This document shows positions 28,233-37,416 of a stretch of 64,000 nt of DNA, one piece after another (position 1 is the first letter of the stretch; the number at the start of each line of letters is the position of its first letter). The DNA is from an uncultured Verrucomicrobiae bacterium. GTDB lineage: Bacteria; Chlamydiota; Chlamydiia; Chlamydiales; Rhabdochlamydiaceae. A program made the translations under genes and the position numbers. Where the stretch lies: positions 1,760,001 through 1,824,000 of the forward strand of contig OY970364.1 of assembly GCA_963718565.1 (NCBI GenBank), read 5' to 3'. Under the pieces are notes generated by a model. It searched no databases. It saw only the letters and a program-made list of their open reading frames with translations, and was not told the DNA's origin.

Positions 28233-28403
28233 GGCATCGTAAGCCAATAACGGTCGCGTTTCCGCTGCGCTGGCATCTTCACCTTTGCACCCGGCTGCAT
28301 CGGCCATGTGCTTGCACATGGCCTGTTTCGCCGCCGGCGAAGCCTGATGCAAATCTGAAGCGCTAGCTTTGCGGAAACGCGACGGTTATTGGCTTACAAT
28401 GCC
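28233..28403. mobile_element. MITE-like element, family E (171 bp)
   Basis: 33-bp TIR (31/33) ggcatcgtaagccaataacggtcgcgtttccgc, TTA direct repeats, central 10-bp hairpin. Confidence 0.88.
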
Positions 28404-28441
28404 TTAGACAAAAATCTTCATTCAATGTACTTCTATGATTA

Positions 28442-28512
28442 GAGGGAATTGCAAAACTCCTCGCCGCATAAAATCATCGATTTTATGCGGCGAGGAGTTT
28501 TGCAATTCCCTT
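28442..28512. repeat. Family A derivative: perfect 33-bp hairpin
   Basis: 28443-28475 pairs with 28479-28511, loop ATC; ATTA on both flanks. Confidence 0.9.
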
Positions 28513-28537
28513 ATTAAAAAAGATTAACTCCTTTGGA

Positions 28538-29512
28538 GTGGGAATGATTCTTGCAGGAGACATCGGTGGAACAAAGGTGAGACTTGCCCTTTTTGAAGAA
28601 AAAGGCAGAAATTTTATCCATGAGGAAAAGTTTGCAAGCAAGGAATTTCCTGATTTTGCTTCACTGCTTAAGAAGTTTTTGGCCCAAAAAGGAGAAAAAA
28701 ACATCTCATCGGCTTCATTCGGGATTGCAGGACCTATACACGATGGGGTCTGCCAAGCGACGAACTTGCCATGGGTAATTTCAGCTAGAGCACTTGTCAA
28801 AGAATTGCACATCCCCAATGTGCATCTGATCAATGATCTAGAAGCAAACGCTTGGGGATTGCGCTGTCTTCCAGATGAAGAATTTTTTACGATCAATGCT
28901 GGCGAGAAAATGTCAGGGAACCAAGCACTGATCTCAGCGGGGACAGGATTGGGAGAAGCCGGACTCTACTGGGATGAGAAGACCCATTATCCCTTTGCTT
29001 GCGAAGGCGGACATTGCGATTTTGCTCCGACCGATGAAGAACAAATTGAGTTATTGAGATATCTTAAACTCCAATATAAACATATCTCTTATGAACGGAT
29101 TTTATCGGGGTCTGGCTTATATTTACTTTATCGCTTTTTGATCGATACCAAACGCGAATCAGAAATTTTTTGCGTCAGTTCACTCTTTGGCCAGAAAGAA
29201 CCGCAGCGCATCATTACAGAAAATGCAGCAGATGGTCAGTGTCCTGCTTGTGTCAGAGCTTGTCGTCTATTTGTTTCGATCTACGGCTCTGAAGCTGGAA
29301 ATTTGGCGCTTAAATTTTTAGCGGTGGGAGGGGTCTTCATCGGCGGAGGAATTGCTCCGCATCTTCTGGAATTTTTCAAAGAAGGGAAGTTTATTCAATC
29401 CTTCAGCGACAAGGGAAGATTTTCATCACTCCTCATGAAGGTTCCTCTAAAAATTGTTCTCAATGAAAAAACGGCTTTGATAGGAGCTGCACGTTATGCA
29501 CAAGAAAAGTGA
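28538..29512 (+). CDS. glk: Glucokinase
   Basis: LAGDIGGT, GIAGP, TNLPW, INDLEANA, GTGLG, EGGHCDF, GGVFIGGGI. Confidence 0.95.
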   Translation: MGMILAGDIGGTKVRLALFEEKGRNFIHEEKFASKEFPDFASLLKKFLAQKGEKNISSASFGIAGPIHDGVCQATNLPWVISARALVKELHIPNVHLINDLEANAWGLRCLPDEEFFTINAGEKMSGNQALISAGTGLGEAGLYWDEKTHYPFACEGGHCDFAPTDEEQIELLRYLKLQYKHISYERILSGSGLYLLYRFLIDTKRESEIFCVSSLFGQKEPQRIITENAADGQCPACVRACRLFVSIYGSEAGNLALKFLAVGGVFIGGGIAPHLLEFFKEGKFIQSFSDKGRFSSLLMKVPLKIVLNEKTALIGAARYAQEK

Positions 29513-32168
29513 AAGTGCGACTGAGGAAGCTCGTCGTTTACAACAAAAACGGAAAGGACCTGTTCCTGAATGGCATAAATGGGGCCCCTATGTTTCTGAA
29601 CGATCTTGGGGAACGGTCCGAGAAGATTACAGTTCCAATGGAGATGCTTGGAGTTATTTTCCTTTTGATCTTGCCCATCAAAAAGCTTATCGCTGGGGAG
29701 AAGATGGAATTGCAGGATGGTGTGATCGTTATCAGATTCTAGTCTTTGCGCCAGCTTTTTGGAATTGCCGTGATCCGCTTCTCAAAGAGCGTTTATTCGG
29801 AGTGAATGCATGGGAGGGCAATCACGGAGAAGATGTGAAAGAATGTTATTTCCATCTCGATGCGACGCCCACGCATTCTTATATGAAATATTTATATAAA
29901 TATCCTCAGGCGGAATTTCCTTATCAAAAACTCCGCGAAGAAAATCGACGGAGAACATCATTCGACACAGAATATGAACTGATGGATACGGGGATTTTTG
30001 ATGAGAATAAATATTTCGACATTTTTATCGAGTATGCCAAAGCGTCTCCTGAAGACATCTGTATTAAAATCGAAGCCTTTAATCGTGGAGATCATCCGGC
30101 ACCTTTACATATTCTAGCGCAATTGTGGTATCGAAACAGTTGGGCTTGGGGGGAGGCCAGAACCGCCTCGCCTCGCATTACCGCGGGGACAAAGAAGGAA
30201 ACAGAGCTCTTTTTGATCGCTGAGGAAGACAATATGCCTCCTCCGCAAAATCTGGGATTTAAATACCGACTTGGCAAACGGTATCTTTACGGGAAAAAAG
30301 AAGCCGAGCTTCTATTTACAGATAATGAAACGCATGAATTTGGACATGAAATTCCCAGCCATTATTACAAAGATGGATTCCATCGCCATTTAATCCACAA
30401 TGAAAAAACCATCAATCCTTCGAAAGTAGGCACAAAGGGATGCCTTCATTACTTTTTGGAGGCTATCCCTCCCAAAAGCTCTGTTGCCCTGTATTTTCGC
30501 TTAAGCGACAAAGAGATGAAGAATCCCTTAGAGAACGTCGAAGAGATGATCGCTTTAAGAAAAAAAGAAGCAGATCATTTTTATGAAACGCTCTATCCGA
30601 AAAAAGCAACTCCTGAAGAAAAGATGATCCAAAGGCAAGCCATCGCCGGCGTGCTTTGGAGCAAGCAGATTTATTTATTCGATGTCAATGTGTGGCTTAA
30701 AGGCGACAATCCCCTCTACCCTCCACCTGTTTCACGCGAACAGATTCGCAATATCCATTGGCGCCATCTCAATTCGATGCGGATCTTGTCGATGCCGGAC
30801 AAATGGGAGTATCCCTGGTTCGCTGCTTGGGACCAAGCATTTCATTGTTTGGTGTTAGCGCTTGTCGACATCGAGCTTGCCAAAGAACAGCTCTGGCTTC
30901 TTTTATTTGATCAATTCCAACATCCCAATGGGCAAATTCCCTCTTATGAATGGGAGTTTTCAGATCTGAATCCTCCTGTTCAGTGCTGGGCGGCTCTGCA
31001 TCTTTTTCACATGCAAAAAGAGAAAGATGGAAAAGGGGATCGCGATTTTTTGGAGCGTTGCTTCCATAAGTTATTGATGAACTTCTCCTGGTGGGTCAAT
31101 AAGGTGGATAGTGAAGGAAACAACGTTTTTGAAGGAGGCTTCTTGGGGATGGACAATATCAGCATCCTCGATCGCTCCCAACGCCTTTCGGGGGGAATCA
31201 AATTACAGCAGTCTGATGGGACAGGTTGGATGGCTCTGTTTTGCTTGAACCTGATGCGGATTGCCCTAGAGCTTGCCAAGGAAAACCGTATTTATGAATC
31301 GCTCGCGACAAAATTTTTTGAACACTATGTCTACATTGCACATGCAATGAAAAAACGAGGAAATCAAGATTATGAAATGTGGAGCGAGCGCGATGGGTTT
31401 TTCTACGATGTGCTCACTTATCCGAATGGAAAATTTGCCAAATTCCGGGTCCGGTCACTGGTGGGGATCATTCCACTGTATGCCACAGAGGTCATCGAAG
31501 AAGAGGAGCTCGCCCAATTTCCAGAATTCAAAATCAATTACGATTGGTTTTTAGAGAATCGCAAAGATTTGGTCGAACAATGCATTATTCCTCTCGAAAA
31601 GAAGGGCAAGAAAGTCTATTTGCTCACCTTAATGAATGAAAACCAGCTCAAAAGTGTGTTGCGCTACATTTGGAATCCCAATGAATTCCGATCTCCCTAC
31701 GGCTTGCGCAGCCTGTCTAAATTCCATCTTGAAAATCCCTTTATTTTTGAAAATAAAAAAATTGGCTATGAGCCTGGAGATTCGATTGAAAGGATCAAGG
31801 GGGGGAATTCGAATTGGCGTGGACCGATCTGGATCCAGACCAATTTCATTTTAATCGATGCTTTTAAAAAAATGGCAAAGGTCGCTCTCGATGAGATTGA
31901 GATCAAAGTCGGCGAAGAGCAACCGGCCAATTTGGACCAAATTGCACATTTTTTTGCAGACGGGATCATTTCCATTTTCACCAAGAACAACGAAAATATC
32001 CGTCCCGTTTGGGGTAGTTCCTTCCGCTTCAAAGACGACCCCCATTGGAACAATTACATCGAGTTTTACGAATACTACAATCCCGAAACGGGAAAAGGCC
32101 TCGGCGCTTCGCACCAAACAGGATGGAGCGCCCTTGTCGCTAATTTGATCTCAGAATTCAGAAAATAG
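29496..32168 (+). CDS. GH63/MGH1-like glycoside hydrolase (glucosidase)
   Basis: WGPYVSERSWGTVREDYS, MPDKWEYPWFAAWD, GNSNWRGPIW, GLGASHQTGW; start overlaps the end of glk. Confidence 0.88.
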   Translation: MHKKSESATEEARRLQQKRKGPVPEWHKWGPYVSERSWGTVREDYSSNGDAWSYFPFDLAHQKAYRWGEDGIAGWCDRYQILVFAPAFWNCRDPLLKERLFGVNAWEGNHGEDVKECYFHLDATPTHSYMKYLYKYPQAEFPYQKLREENRRRTSFDTEYELMDTGIFDENKYFDIFIEYAKASPEDICIKIEAFNRGDHPAPLHILAQLWYRNSWAWGEARTASPRITAGTKKETELFLIAEEDNMPPPQNLGFKYRLGKRYLYGKKEAELLFTDNETHEFGHEIPSHYYKDGFHRHLIHNEKTINPSKVGTKGCLHYFLEAIPPKSSVALYFRLSDKEMKNPLENVEEMIALRKKEADHFYETLYPKKATPEEKMIQRQAIAGVLWSKQIYLFDVNVWLKGDNPLYPPPVSREQIRNIHWRHLNSMRILSMPDKWEYPWFAAWDQAFHCLVLALVDIELAKEQLWLLLFDQFQHPNGQIPSYEWEFSDLNPPVQCWAALHLFHMQKEKDGKGDRDFLERCFHKLLMNFSWWVNKVDSEGNNVFEGGFLGMDNISILDRSQRLSGGIKLQQSDGTGWMALFCLNLMRIALELAKENRIYESLATKFFEHYVYIAHAMKKRGNQDYEMWSERDGFFYDVLTYPNGKFAKFRVRSLVGIIPLYATEVIEEEELAQFPEFKINYDWFLENRKDLVEQCIIPLEKKGKKVYLLTLMNENQLKSVLRYIWNPNEFRSPYGLRSLSKFHLENPFIFENKKIGYEPGDSIERIKGGNSNWRGPIWIQTNFILIDAFKKMAKVALDEIEIKVGEEQPANLDQIAHFFADGIISIFTKNNENIRPVWGSSFRFKDDPHWNNYIEFYEYYNPETGKGLGASHQTGWSALVANLISEFRK

Positions 32169-32172
32169 TAGG

Positions 32173-32988
32173 TTATCCCATGTTGTCGGGATGCCATCGC
32201 CTGATGACGAATCGAGGGCCTTCGCTTTCGTCCCATTGATTGACAGGTTTTCGATCTTTCATGATTTCAATCAGGCGCTCAGAGAACTTGGCTTTAATGA
32301 CTCCTTTTGGAGCTCTGCTTTCGATCGTTGTTTTTTCATCGAAAACGCCGACAACGTGTCCTTCCCAGACAATCAAATCAAGGTCGTTGACTTTCTTAAT
32401 GATCCCGCTAACACTCAACCCCTCGATGGGAACAGCCTTCCCAAAATGGATAAGACTTGAAGTATTGCGCGGCGTATAACCTGCGGAGACGTAGTGAAAT
32501 AGCCCAGAGCAATCCAGTCCTTTGAATTTCCATGTGTCTTGAATGAGAGCAGACAGTTGATGCAAAGGGGTTCGGCTCGGATACAATAGTGGTACTAAAT
32601 CGATCCCTTGCGGCCAATTTCCTCCCCAAACATAACGCGTTCCCATGAGCCGTTCTAATTTTGAAAGGATTGTTGGCATGGCAGGAATCACAATCGTTCT
32701 ATTTGCAGGAATATGAGGAACAAGTTGAACAAAGCGGGCATCGATATAGTAATTGCCTCCATAGTCATATTCATGAGTGCTTATGCGCCAGATGGAAGAT
32801 TGGGCGACCCGTTCGAATAGTTGTATTTTGGCGTGAGGGAAGAGTATGGTTTCAACCGTTCTCATCAGACCTTGTTCGTCTAGAGGAAGAGTATCGCCGT
32901 CCTTGCCTCCAAAACAATGAGGAACATGAGGAGTGTTAAAGACTGGAGTGGGCCATTGTGTGACTGCATATTGCATGTTAACACTCAC
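32173..32988 (-). CDS. NlpC/P60 (C40) cell-wall peptidase
   Basis: YVWGG, GLDCSGL, GHV. Start GTG 32988 (GGAGG RBS) or ATG 32976; the longer ORF runs into a MITE. Confidence 0.85.
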   Translation of the reverse strand: MSVNMQYAVTQWPTPVFNTPHVPHCFGGKDGDTLPLDEQGLMRTVETILFPHAKIQLFERVAQSSIWRISTHEYDYGGNYYIDARFVQLVPHIPANRTIVIPAMPTILSKLERLMGTRYVWGGNWPQGIDLVPLLYPSRTPLHQLSALIQDTWKFKGLDCSGLFHYVSAGYTPRNTSSLIHFGKAVPIEGLSVSGIIKKVNDLDLIVWEGHVVGVFDEKTTIESRAPKGVIKAKFSERLIEIMKDRKPVNQWDESEGPRFVIRRWHPDNMG

Positions 32989-33001
32989 ATTTAACCTCCA
33001 A

Positions 33002-33260
33002 GAGGGAATTGCAAAATTTCTCGCCGCATAAAATCGCGCTTTTGGCACCTGTCGCCTTGGCGGCGGCTGCCTTCGGCCCCGGTTCGCTCCTTCGCTCACC
33101 TGCTTTGCTACTTACGAAGGTTCCCCGGACCTTCTCGTGTCTTCGCAGCCACTTATCCAAGTATGCTTTCGCCGCCGCCAACCGAACCCGCTGTGCGTGT
33201 TCTGGCAACAGGTGCCAAAATCATCAATTTTCTGCTGGCGAGGAGTTTTGCAATTCCCTC
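33002..33260 (+). mobile_element. Family A element, long form (259 bp)
   Basis: Same TIRs, TCCAA direct repeats, extra arm 33069-33150; a second right end lies at 33286-33307. Confidence 0.9.
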
Positions 33261-33362
33261 TCCAAAAAAAAGACTTTTATGTTATAGAAGGGTTTTGCAA
33301 TTCCCTCTATAGACAAGACTAAGGGAGCATATTAAAAGGCGAATAAAAAGAGAATCTAATTT

Positions 33363-34991
33363 ATGGGTCGCTATTTGATCTTGATAATCAGTGTAATTTT
33401 GTTCGCGATTGGATCAGGATGTCAATCTCCGAAAAAAAGCCAGAAAGAGACCGTTTCTCAAACACTGCGGATTAACATTCAGAGTGAGCCGCAAACTTTG
33501 GACCCACGCAAAGCACGCAGCTTAAGTGGACAAACTCTTGTTCGGATGCTTTTTGAAGGGCTGACGCGCGTGAACAAAGAAGAAAAACCTGAACTTGCTC
33601 TTGCAAGCAGTGTGGACATTTCTTCTGATCTTAGGATCTATACCTTTCACTTAAAAGAGAGTGTGTGGTCAAACGGGGACTCTGTATTAGCCTCAGATTT
33701 TATTTACGCATGGAAAAAGATGCTTTCTCCTGATTTCCCTTCGGACATCGCCTTTCAGCTTTACGTGATTAAAAATGGCAAGGCTGCAAAAGAAGGAAAA
33801 GTACCCATAGATCAGATTGGCGTGAAGATCCTGAGTGATAAGACATTAGAGGTTGAACTGGAAAATCCCACGCCTTATTTTTTAGATCTGGTTGCCTGCC
33901 CCGCTTTTTTCCCCATCCCTCAAAAGGTCGATGAGCAGAATCCCTTTTGGCCTCAAAACGCTTCCACTTATGTTGGCAACGGGCCCTTTCAACTCATCGA
34001 ATGGAAACACCAAGACCATTTGACTTTGGTCAAAAATCCTCAATATTGGGATGCGCCAGCTGTTAAAATTGCATCTCTAGAGTTGCAGATGCTCCAAGAA
34101 GAGACTGAACTCAACTGTTTCGAGAAACAAAAAATTGATTGGGCGGGATCTCCACTTTCCCTATTACCTGTAGATGCTCTCGATTCATTAAGAAAAGAAA
34201 ACAAGCTCAATACCAAAGAGCTTCTTGGAACATATTTCATTCGAGTGAACACGGAAGCTTCTCCTTTTAACCATCCTTTGATGCGAAAGGCTTTTGCTCT
34301 TGCTATTTATCGGAGCGCTATCGTCGAGCATGTCACTCGCGGGGACCAGATTCCTGCAACAGGTCTTGTCCCTATTTTCTTAAAATTGCAGAAACAGCCC
34401 TATTTTCAAGATGGCGATTTAACAGAAGCGCGACGATTGTTTGATGAAGCCCTTAGAGCGCAGCAACTGACCAAAGAGAACTTGCCTGAAATTTCTCTCC
34501 TCTATCGAACAGAAGAGAGAAACCATCTGATTGCGCAAGCTATCCAACAGCAATGGTTCGAAGCCTTTGGTATCCGCGTGAAATTGCAATCTGTAGAAGG
34601 CAAAGTTTACTTCGATCGGATATCCAAACAAGACTTTCAATTGTCTTCAGGATCCTGGGTTGCCGATTTTGCTGACCCGATTAATTTTTTAGAAGTTTTC
34701 AAATTTAAAAAGAGCGGCTCGAATAATACTCTTTGGGAAAACCCTCGTTATATCGAACTTCTCGATCAATCGTCAGAAGTTATCGATTCTCAGCAACGCC
34801 TTGAACTCCTTGCGCAAAGTGAACAAATATTGATCGATGAAATGCCAATGATTCCAATTTTTTATTACACTATGCTATATGTCAATCAACCCCACCTAAA
34901 AGATGTTGTCCTGTCCTCGATGGGGCAAATCGATTTTAAATGGGCCTATTTTGAAGAGGCAGGAAAATGGATTGCACAAGAGGAGAATTAA
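33363..34991 (+). CDS. oppA: Oligopeptide ABC transporter substrate-binding lipoprotein
   Basis: Lipobox GSGC; EPQTLDPR, LFEGLTR, WSNGD, GNGPF, WVADFADPINFL. Confidence 0.92.
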   Translation: MGRYLILIISVILFAIGSGCQSPKKSQKETVSQTLRINIQSEPQTLDPRKARSLSGQTLVRMLFEGLTRVNKEEKPELALASSVDISSDLRIYTFHLKESVWSNGDSVLASDFIYAWKKMLSPDFPSDIAFQLYVIKNGKAAKEGKVPIDQIGVKILSDKTLEVELENPTPYFLDLVACPAFFPIPQKVDEQNPFWPQNASTYVGNGPFQLIEWKHQDHLTLVKNPQYWDAPAVKIASLELQMLQEETELNCFEKQKIDWAGSPLSLLPVDALDSLRKENKLNTKELLGTYFIRVNTEASPFNHPLMRKAFALAIYRSAIVEHVTRGDQIPATGLVPIFLKLQKQPYFQDGDLTEARRLFDEALRAQQLTKENLPEISLLYRTEERNHLIAQAIQQQWFEAFGIRVKLQSVEGKVYFDRISKQDFQLSSGSWVADFADPINFLEVFKFKKSGSNNTLWENPRYIELLDQSSEVIDSQQRLELLAQSEQILIDEMPMIPIFYYTMLYVNQPHLKDVVLSSMGQIDFKWAYFEEAGKWIAQEEN

Positions 34992-34998
34992 GATTAAG

Positions 34999-35358
34999 AT
35001 GAATTACGTATTGACTGTCATTTTTATTTTGGCCTGCGGGATGGGTTGGGCCAATTCCGTCACTTTGATGAACAATTCCACCTATACTTTGCAGGCCACA
35101 ATTTACGATGCCAATGGAACGCTTCTTGGGCAATTTGTGCTCAATCCCAGTGATGCGACATTGTGGAGTGATAATGACGAAGATTGGGGGACTCAAAGCC
35201 AATATGCTTCCCAAACGCCCTATACGGTGAATTGGATGTGCATGAATGGAAGTGCTTATGGCACTTGTGATAATGTTGCTGCTGGAGCTGTTGTCACAGC
35301 GCAAGGTTGCGGTGGCGCTCAGGAATGTCAGCAACAGCAGCAACAGAGCCCTTATTAA
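34999..35358 (+). CDS. Small secreted 4-Cys hypothetical protein (paralog 1)
   Basis: AGGAG RBS, signal peptide, similar to the next gene. Confidence 0.8.
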   Translation: MNYVLTVIFILACGMGWANSVTLMNNSTYTLQATIYDANGTLLGQFVLNPSDATLWSDNDEDWGTQSQYASQTPYTVNWMCMNGSAYGTCDNVAAGAVVTAQGCGGAQECQQQQQQSPY

Positions 35359-35392
35359 CCCTGTTAGGAGGAATGTGGCTTTTATACCGGAA

Positions 35393-35842
35393 ATGATTCA
35401 AAAGCTGGCTTTTTTGATATTTGGCCTGATGATTTCCCCTTGTTTGCTTCATGCCGGCACAGTGCGTTTAGTCAACAATAGCCCTTATGATCTTCGAGCC
35501 GCTATCCGTGGCAGCGATGGCTCTTTTTTAGGAGAACTTGTCATCAAAGCCCAAAAAGAAACTGTTTGGACAGATACTTATGGGCAATATGGACTATATG
35601 GCGGTGCTAATGCGTCCGCAAACTCAGATTATCAATCAAAGACTCCTTATACTGTGTTGTGGTATTGCCTTGATGGAGCGGATTATGCCGTGTGTGATAC
35701 CGTTTCCACAGGGGCTCTTGTCATGGCGCAAACTTGTTCAGGCGCGCGGATGTGCAAGCCGAACCGAAGGGAAGTGTATCCACAGGAGTCCGAAGGAAAT
35801 TATCTCTATAAAAATCCAAAGACCCCGCCTCTAAATCAATAG
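35393..35842 (+). CDS. Small secreted 4-Cys hypothetical protein (paralog 2)
   Basis: Signal peptide; shares V.L.NNS.Y.L.A.I, TPYTV.W.C..G..Y..CD.V..GA.V.AQ.C.GA..C with paralog 1. Confidence 0.8.
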   Translation: MIQKLAFLIFGLMISPCLLHAGTVRLVNNSPYDLRAAIRGSDGSFLGELVIKAQKETVWTDTYGQYGLYGGANASANSDYQSKTPYTVLWYCLDGADYAVCDTVSTGALVMAQTCSGARMCKPNRREVYPQESEGNYLYKNPKTPPLNQ

Positions 35843-35856
35843 TGGGATGTTCAATA

Positions 35857-35917
35857 GACATCTTGCATAACCTCATTCACCTGCTAAAATCGCCCTTTTC
35901 CCGGCCTTTTGATCCTC
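35857..35917. repeat. Family G single-arm copy between convergent genes
   Basis: TA + gacatcttgcataacctcattcacctgctaaaatcgccc.., matching the reverse complement of the 24155-24315 right arm. Confidence 0.85.
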
Positions 35918-37416
35918 TAATGGATAGGGTCATGGTTGAGTTGTGGTTTTCCTTTTTCGTAGGTCACTTTCTTTAGAAAAATGCCGTCACTTGTATATAA
36001 CGAGGCGATTCCTTTTCCCGACTCGATCTTTGAGACGATTTTTTTGTCTCCCTTTTTATAATAAGAAGCTTTGATCAACAGATCATTTTCGTACTCTTCG
36101 ACTAGCATGAGATCTCCATTTTTATACCAAGCAAAACAGACCCCTTGCTTTTTGCTGCCGTTGAATTCGCGCTGGCTTTCAATTTGGCCATTGGAATACC
36201 AGGTTTTTACTTGTCCTTGGATCCGATCCTCATTCCAATGTAAACAGAGCTTTGGCATAGGCCGCTGGCCTTTTTCTGAAAGGTAATATTCCCATTCCTC
36301 GCCATTCTTTTTTCCATCTTTGACGACGTAGGAGCATTTAAGAGTTCCATTAGAATAAAACAACTCGACATCGCCTTCAGGAATGCCGCATGAAAAATGG
36401 ATGAGTGCGTAAAGTTGGCCCTCTTTAAATTGGGCTTGCTTGCCTTGTCCGTCGTTAATTTCGGCGATGGATGTTCCATCGGGAGCATAATAAGAAGCGT
36501 GGATCAGACGGCCATGTTCATAAAATTCTTTCGACAAGAGATGCTTAGGCGTCCAAAAAGCAGTGGCGCTTCCCTCTTTTTCTCCATTGACATGAGGAAT
36601 CTCTTCTAGAAGATTTCCATGTTCATCGAAAACTTGAAGCATGCCATGGATCTCTCCTTGGCGATAAGGGATCATTTTTTGCAGCTGGCCATTGGGGAAA
36701 AAATATTGTGCCGGATTGTGCAAAAGACCCTTTTCATAAGAAAATTCAGCAATCAGGTTTCCTTGATCATCCCAAACTTTGCTTGCCCCTTCAAATACCC
36801 AAGTGGCTTGGGCGAGATCGTGGATGTCTGCCATCCCTTCGATAAGATGGGTTTCAATTTTCATACGGCCATTAGGAAACCATTCTTGATAAATCCCATG
36901 CGCCCTGCCGTCTACAGCTTCCAGGTACTGCCAAAGGTGACCGTTATCGTGGTAACTCGTAATTTTGGACAGACTCTGACCGGCAGAATTTCGACCGAAG
37001 ACGCGCAGTACTTTTTGATAGGGCTGCGGTGTGGAAAAATTCACAGATTTATAACTGGAAAGGCGCTCTTTATTGCTCACTGTCTCTGTGAACCCATTGC
37101 GGTCGACGATTTGCATGCTGACAACAGAATCGCTTTTGTCAGAGGAAGTTCTGGAAGCGCAGCCGGAAAGAACCGCCAGGCTAATCAGTAGAGTTAAGAG
37201 GGAATTGCAAAACTCTTCGCCGCATAAAATCGCGCTTTTGGCACCTGTCGCCTTGGCGGCGGCTCTTCTACTTATCCAAGTATGCTTTCGCTGCCGCCAA
37301 CCGAACCCGCTGTGCGGGTTCTGGCAACAGGTGCCAAAATCATCGATTTTCTGCTGGCGAGGAGTTTTGCAATTCCCTCCTAATTGTAAAATTCGACGCC
37401 AAAAGATTTTTCTCAT
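35917..37416 (-). CDS. MORN-variant/YwqK-repeat lipoprotein (CT648-like) with an in-frame family A insertion in its signal peptide
   Basis: G..HG....WFPNG-type repeats, lipobox LSGC, ATGA overlap with the upstream gene. Confidence 0.85.
   Translation of the reverse strand: MRKIFWRRILQLGGNCKTPRQQKIDDFGTCCQNPHSGFGWRQRKHTWISRRAAAKATGAKSAILCGEEFCNSLLTLLISLAVLSGCASRTSSDKSDSVVSMQIVDRNGFTETVSNKERLSSYKSVNFSTPQPYQKVLRVFGRNSAGQSLSKITSYHDNGHLWQYLEAVDGRAHGIYQEWFPNGRMKIETHLIEGMADIHDLAQATWVFEGASKVWDDQGNLIAEFSYEKGLLHNPAQYFFPNGQLQKMIPYRQGEIHGMLQVFDEHGNLLEEIPHVNGEKEGSATAFWTPKHLLSKEFYEHGRLIHASYYAPDGTSIAEINDGQGKQAQFKEGQLYALIHFSCGIPEGDVELFYSNGTLKCSYVVKDGKKNGEEWEYYLSEKGQRPMPKLCLHWNEDRIQGQVKTWYSNGQIESQREFNGSKKQGVCFAWYKNGDLMLVEEYENDLLIKASYYKKGDKKIVSKIESGKGIASLYTSDGIFLKKVTYEKGKPQLNHDPIH
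37198..37379 (+). mobile_element. Family A element (182 bp), intragenic
   Basis: Near-identical to 18491-18672; flanks TTAA/CTAA. Confidence 0.93.

Noticed and set aside
32989..33099. N-terminal extension of the NlpC/P60 ORF as a second in-frame insertion
   Set aside because: The extension starts inside the A element, and a GGAGG RBS with GTG 32988 lies just outside it, so the element is upstream of the gene.
35917..37416. Toxin-antitoxin system (YwqK-like repeats)
   Set aside because: There is no adjacent toxin; it is a lipoprotein at the end of a conserved three-gene operon.
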